This document shows, in pieces, positions 59,988-64,000 of a stretch of 64,000 nt of DNA. Made by a program: the position numbers and the translations under genes. The DNA lies in contig CACJXT010000002.1 of NCBI GenBank assembly GCA_902597425.1, positions 309 through 64,308 on the forward strand, given 5' to 3'. The notes below the pieces were generated by a model that was not told the origin of the DNA, made no database searches, and saw only the letters and a program-made list of their open reading frames with translations. The stretch comes from an uncultured Pelagibacteraceae bacterium. GTDB lineage: Bacteria; Pseudomonadota; Alphaproteobacteria; Pelagibacterales; Pelagibacteraceae. How positions within the stretch are numbered: the stretch's first letter is position 1; every line of letters starts with the position of its first letter.

Positions 59988-60565
59988 AATAATTTATACT
60001 TTTTTTTTGATACATCCTCAACTATTGCAGAAATACTGCTATTATTTATTTTAATTCCTATAAGTTGATTAATTAAATCAGCAGATGTCTCAATTGCAAT
60101 TTTATAAATTTTTTCAGGCGCTTTATTTTTGAAGTCTTGAATTTCTATTTCAGCTTTATTAATTTCAGCATTGATTTGGTTTTCTAAATTTTCTTTTTTT
60201 TTATTAATATCTTTTAGAATTTTTGCTCGATTTTGATTGAAATAATTTTTTGCTTCAATTTTGTTATTATTAATAATTTTATCATATTCTTTAATTTTTT
60301 GTTCACTTTCTTCTCTTTGTTTTTCTGCAGCCTCAATATTTTCTAAAATTTGTGATTTTCTTATTTCAAGATTTTTACTTATTTTTGGAAGGATAAGTTT
60401 AGAAAGTAATATGTAGAGTATTCCAAAAGTAAGCGTTAACCAAAAAATTTGAGAAATCCAAAATTCTGGATTCAATTGAGGCATTCCACTATTTCCACTA
60501 GCAAAAGCTTCCTTTAATGTGAGGAAGCTTAAAAATACTAAATAAAAAAATATTTTTTTAATCAT
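59984..60565 (-). CDS. ATP synthase Fo subunit b'
   Basis: GMPQL--QIFWL--F--LY--LP-I motif. Confidence 0.92.
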   Translation of the reverse strand: MIKKIFFYLVFLSFLTLKEAFASGNSGMPQLNPEFWISQIFWLTLTFGILYILLSKLILPKISKNLEIRKSQILENIEAAEKQREESEQKIKEYDKIINNNKIEAKNYFNQNRAKILKDINKKKENLENQINAEINKAEIEIQDFKNKAPEKIYKIAIETSADLINQLIGIKINNSSISAIVEDVSKKKYKLL

Positions 60566-60570
60566 TAAAT

Positions 60571-60798
60571 TTAAAATGCAAATAAAATAATTAATGCAAC
60601 TACCAATCCGAATAAGCCAGTAGCTTCAGCTAAAGCAAAACCTAATAATAGATTAGGAAATTGCTTTTGAGCTGCAGATGGATTTCTCATTGCGCCTGAA
60701 AGGTAATTACCAAAAATAATACCTATTCCAACGCCAGCGCCAGCTAAAGCAATTGCTGCTAAACCAGCTCCGATCATTTTTGCCGCTTCTAATTCCAT
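60571..60798 (-). CDS. atpE: ATP synthase Fo subunit c
   Basis: GAGVGIG, RNP, FALAEA. Confidence 0.98.
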   Translation of the reverse strand: MELEAAKMIGAGLAAIALAGAGVGIGIIFGNYLSGAMRNPSAAQKQFPNLLLGFALAEATGLFGLVVALIILFAF

Positions 60799-60816
60799 TG
60801 TATCCTCCTTTTTTTA

Positions 60817-61551
60817 TTAATGGTGTAAATTTAATGCATCATTTAAATAGATGCAGGTTAAAATTGCAAAAACATATGCTTGAAGAAAAGCAACTAAGAT
60901 CTCCAAACCTGTCAATGCAACTGAAAAACTTAGTGGGAGCCATCCACCAACTATTCCAAGACTTATAACAAAACCTCCAAAGACTTTCATCATAGTATGT
61001 CCAGCCATCATATTTGCAAACAAACGAACAGACAAACTAATTGGTCGACTCAGGTATGATATAATTTCAATAACAACAATTAAAGGCATTAATACGAGTG
61101 GTACACCACTCGGTACAAATAATTTTAAATAACCCAGTCCATGTTTAATAAATCCAATAATTGTTACTCCTATAAAAATAAATGATGCCAAAACAAATGT
61201 TACGATAATGTGACTCGTAACTGTAAAAGAATAAGGGATCATCCCAAACATATTACAAAATAATACAAACATGAAAATTGAAAAAATAAATGAAAAATAT
61301 GGTTTTGCTTTTGACCCAGCAGTATCACTTATCATTTTGGAGATAAAAGTGTAACTTAACTCGGCTAATAATTGCATTTTGTTTGGAATTAATGAATTTT
61401 TTTTTGATCCAAGATTAAAAACTAACAAAATAGTAATTGAGCTAATCACCATAAATAAGCTTGCGTTAGTAAAAGATATATCTATCTGTCCTAATTTAAT
61501 TTCTGGACCAATTCTGTATACATTGAATTGGTGCATTGGATTTGTTGCCAT
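60817..61551 (-). CDS. atpB: ATP synthase Fo subunit a
   Basis: NPMHQF, RPISLSVRLFANMMAGH, LQAYVF. Confidence 0.98.
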   Translation of the reverse strand: MATNPMHQFNVYRIGPEIKLGQIDISFTNASLFMVISSITILLVFNLGSKKNSLIPNKMQLLAELSYTFISKMISDTAGSKAKPYFSFIFSIFMFVLFCNMFGMIPYSFTVTSHIIVTFVLASFIFIGVTIIGFIKHGLGYLKLFVPSGVPLVLMPLIVVIEIISYLSRPISLSVRLFANMMAGHTMMKVFGGFVISLGIVGGWLPLSFSVALTGLEILVAFLQAYVFAILTCIYLNDALNLHH

Positions 61552-61560
61552 AATAGTTTT

Positions 61561-61836
61561 TTATTTCTGCATTTTTTTTGCAGATTTGAAGACATTTAGA
61601 ATACCAGCAACCACACCTACAAAAAAAAAAATTAATATTAACCATGGTTTAGTACCAAAGGTCTTGTCTAAAATAAACCCAATAATTGTCCCAACGACTA
61701 CAGCAGACACCAATTCTGTGCTCATTTTGAAGGCTGTTCCGATTGAAGATGGAGATTGTTTATTTTTATATAAATTTTTTCTTGAGAGTTTATTTTTTGC
61801 AATTTTTAAGCGAATTTTAAATGAATTTTTTGGCAT
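61561..61836 (-). CDS. AtpZ/AtpI family protein
   Basis: ELVSAVVVG--IG--LD--FGTKPW---G--AG-LNV. Confidence 0.88.
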   Translation of the reverse strand: MPKNSFKIRLKIAKNKLSRKNLYKNKQSPSSIGTAFKMSTELVSAVVVGTIIGFILDKTFGTKPWLILIFFFVGVVAGILNVFKSAKKMQK

Positions 61837-61843
61837 TAAATTC

Positions 61844-64000
61844 TTATGCAACTATGCTTTCAGCTTTTTGCAAATCAACAGCAACTAACTGGCTAATTCC
61901 TTTTTCAGGCATAGTTACACCATATAGTCTATCCATTTTTGACATTGTTAAAGCATGATGTGTAACAATTATAAAGCGTGTACTAGTTATTTTAGTTAGT
62001 TCGTCCAATAGATTACAGAATCTAGTAACATTGGCATCGTCTAGCGGTGCGTCGACCTCATCAAGCACACAAATTGGAGATGGATTGGTTAGAAAAACAG
62101 CAAATATTAATGATAATGCAGTTAAAGCTTGCTCGCCACCAGAAAGTAAAGTTATAGATTGAAGTCTTTTTCCTGGAGGACTTACGAGCATTTCCAATCC
62201 CGCTTCAAGAGGATCATCTGAATCTACTAATTCTAACTTTGCATTACCTCCACTGAATAGTTTTGTATAAACTTCATTAAACTTTCTATTAACTTTTTCA
62301 AAAGCTTCTAAAAGTTTTTCCCGACCTCTTTGGTTAAGTTCATTAATACTTTCTTTTAATTTTATAATTGCTGTTGCTAAATCTCGTCTGTCTTGTTCCA
62401 TTTTTTTAATTTCAATTTCATACTTGCTAGTTTCTTCATTGGCACGAAGATTAACAGAACCTAATTTTTCTCTTTCTCTTTTTTTTTGATCTAATTTTTC
62501 TTCTTGAGTCACAGCATCAGGTAGATCTTCAACATTGTTTAAATTAGAAAATTCAAGAACATTATTTTCATTTAAATTTAGTTCAGTTTCAACTCTATCT
62601 AAAAGGTCATCTTTTCTTTTTTTTAATCCTTCAATAGTTGCACCAGAACTAGCTTTTCTTTCTCTAATTTGAATCATTTTTTCTTTAATTTCATTTAATT
62701 CAGATCCTAAAGAACTAATTTTTATATCTATTTTTTCAATTACAATTTCATTCTCATTTTTTTCATTCTCTGAAGTTCTTAAACTTTCAGAAATTTGACC
62801 TTTTTTTTCTGCTTGAATTTCTGGCTGTTTTTCAAGGTCACTTAATTTATTCAACAATTTATTTTTTCTATCTGTTAGTTCCTCTACCATTTTTTCTGAA
62901 TTTAAAAGTAAGTTTCTCCAACTTCCAATTTCAGTTTCAATAGTTTTAATTCTTTCATTTCTTTTAATTGATTCTTTTTTAATAGATTGATTTTTACTGA
63001 AATTATCTGCGTAACTTTCTTGAAGTGATTTTATATTTTCATTTTTAGAAACTATTTTTAATAACTCGTTTTGATCGCTTTCTCCTTTTAATTTTTGACT
63101 TATAGAGGATAAAACAACATAAGATTCTTCCAATAATAATTTAACTTCATTTAATTTATTTTCATTAATTAAATTTTTAATTTTTGTTATTTTTTCTTTT
63201 ACATCTTCAATGGATGCAATATTTTTTTGAAGAATTTCTAAATTAAAGTTTTTTAAAATTACTTCTACTTTTTCTTGTTCAATTTTTAGTCTATTTTTTG
63301 AATAATCTAAATCTTCATTAGATTTTTTTTCAGTTTCATAATATTTTGAGTCAATTTCAATTAGTTCATTCTTTTCTTCTTTTAATCTTTTTTCATTAGA
63401 ATTAGCATCAATTACAATACTTTTTTCTCTATCAATATCTTCTTCAATTGTTTTTAAAGATTTTTTAATATTTTCTATTTCGCTTTGTATTCTTATGTTC
63501 TCTTCGTCTAAGCTTTTTAATTCTAAATTTAAACGTTGTATTTTTGAAAGATTTTCAATATTTTTTTCTCTTAGTGGTGAGACTTTATCATTTTCACTCT
63601 TAATTAAATCCTCGAATTTATTAATTTCGGCATTAAAACTACTTACTTCATTTTCTGCTTCACTGTTAATTTCATTTTCCAATTTAATTTCATTTTTTAT
63701 ATCTTTAAGTCTTAAGTAATACAAACCAGCTTCAATTTTTTTTATTTCATCTGAAATAAATTTATATTTAGTTGCCTCTTCAGCTTGTTTTTGTAGATTT
63801 TGTAATTGTTTTTCTTGTTGTTTTCTAAGTTCATCTGCTCTTTTAAGATTATTTTCAGCTGCATTTAATCTTAATTCCGCTTCATGTCTTCGGACATGAA
63901 GTCCTGCTATACCTGCTGCTTCTTCTAAAACTGCTCTTCGATCAGTTGGTTTTGCTGTTACCAATGCTCCTATTCGCCCTTGGCTTATAATTGACGGTGA
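61844..64000 (-). CDS. smc: Chromosome segregation SMC family protein, 5' truncated by window edge, apparently lacking a hinge
   Basis: Frame open to the edge (SPSIISQGRIG Q-loop), EEAAGI, LGSVN, PPGK, LSGGE, LDEVDAPLD, VTH. Confidence 0.93.
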   Translation of the reverse strand, partial: SPSIISQGRIGALVTAKPTDRRAVLEEAAGIAGLHVRRHEAELRLNAAENNLKRADELRKQQEKQLQNLQKQAEEATKYKFISDEIKKIEAGLYYLRLKDIKNEIKLENEINSEAENEVSSFNAEINKFEDLIKSENDKVSPLREKNIENLSKIQRLNLELKSLDEENIRIQSEIENIKKSLKTIEEDIDREKSIVIDANSNEKRLKEEKNELIEIDSKYYETEKKSNEDLDYSKNRLKIEQEKVEVILKNFNLEILQKNIASIEDVKEKITKIKNLINENKLNEVKLLLEESYVVLSSISQKLKGESDQNELLKIVSKNENIKSLQESYADNFSKNQSIKKESIKRNERIKTIETEIGSWRNLLLNSEKMVEELTDRKNKLLNKLSDLEKQPEIQAEKKGQISESLRTSENEKNENEIVIEKIDIKISSLGSELNEIKEKMIQIRERKASSGATIEGLKKRKDDLLDRVETELNLNENNVLEFSNLNNVEDLPDAVTQEEKLDQKKREREKLGSVNLRANEETSKYEIEIKKMEQDRRDLATAIIKLKESINELNQRGREKLLEAFEKVNRKFNEVYTKLFSGGNAKLELVDSDDPLEAGLEMLVSPPGKRLQSITLLSGGEQALTALSLIFAVFLTNPSPICVLDEVDAPLDDANVTRFCNLLDELTKITSTRFIIVTHHALTMSKMDRLYGVTMPEKGISQLVAVDLQKAESIVA

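Overview
Very AT-rich, gene-dense alphaproteobacterial chromosome segment. Gene content, tiny intergenic spaces and gene order point to a SAR11/Pelagibacterales genome (inference). From left to right it holds: sseA/msrA/DMT/AlkA-like genes; a purine catabolism and salvage cluster (uraD, uraH, xdhAB, guanine deaminase, PuuD-like, PRTase, two NCS2 permeases); Hsp20 with a sigma32 promoter and ROSE thermometer; oligopeptidase B; a RamB/ScfR-type regulator divergent from a 55-aa sORF and aceA; groESL; ribF-ileS-lspA-pgi; an rsmD broken by one in-frame stop; purD; lipid A genes; ubiA; a CoxMNOP-type heme-copper oxidase locus; thrC; rnhA-thrB-ispH; the Fo ATP synthase operon; and a short, hinge-less smc. 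The most unusual item is a 1.8-kb integrase-less insert between the convergent thrC and rnhA. It is bounded by 24-bp direct-repeat hairpins that look like hybrid attL/attR sites and has tandem AGTGCGGT boxes about 58 bp inside each end. It carries two unrelated secreted-protein genes whose first 36 nt are almost identical (MKKLLGILVLGL). A C-terminal remnant of blh between atpF and ispH suggests the retinal/carotenoid cluster was deleted. No rRNA, tRNA, CRISPR array or transposase/integrase was seen. All calls come from reading the sequence; no searches were run.
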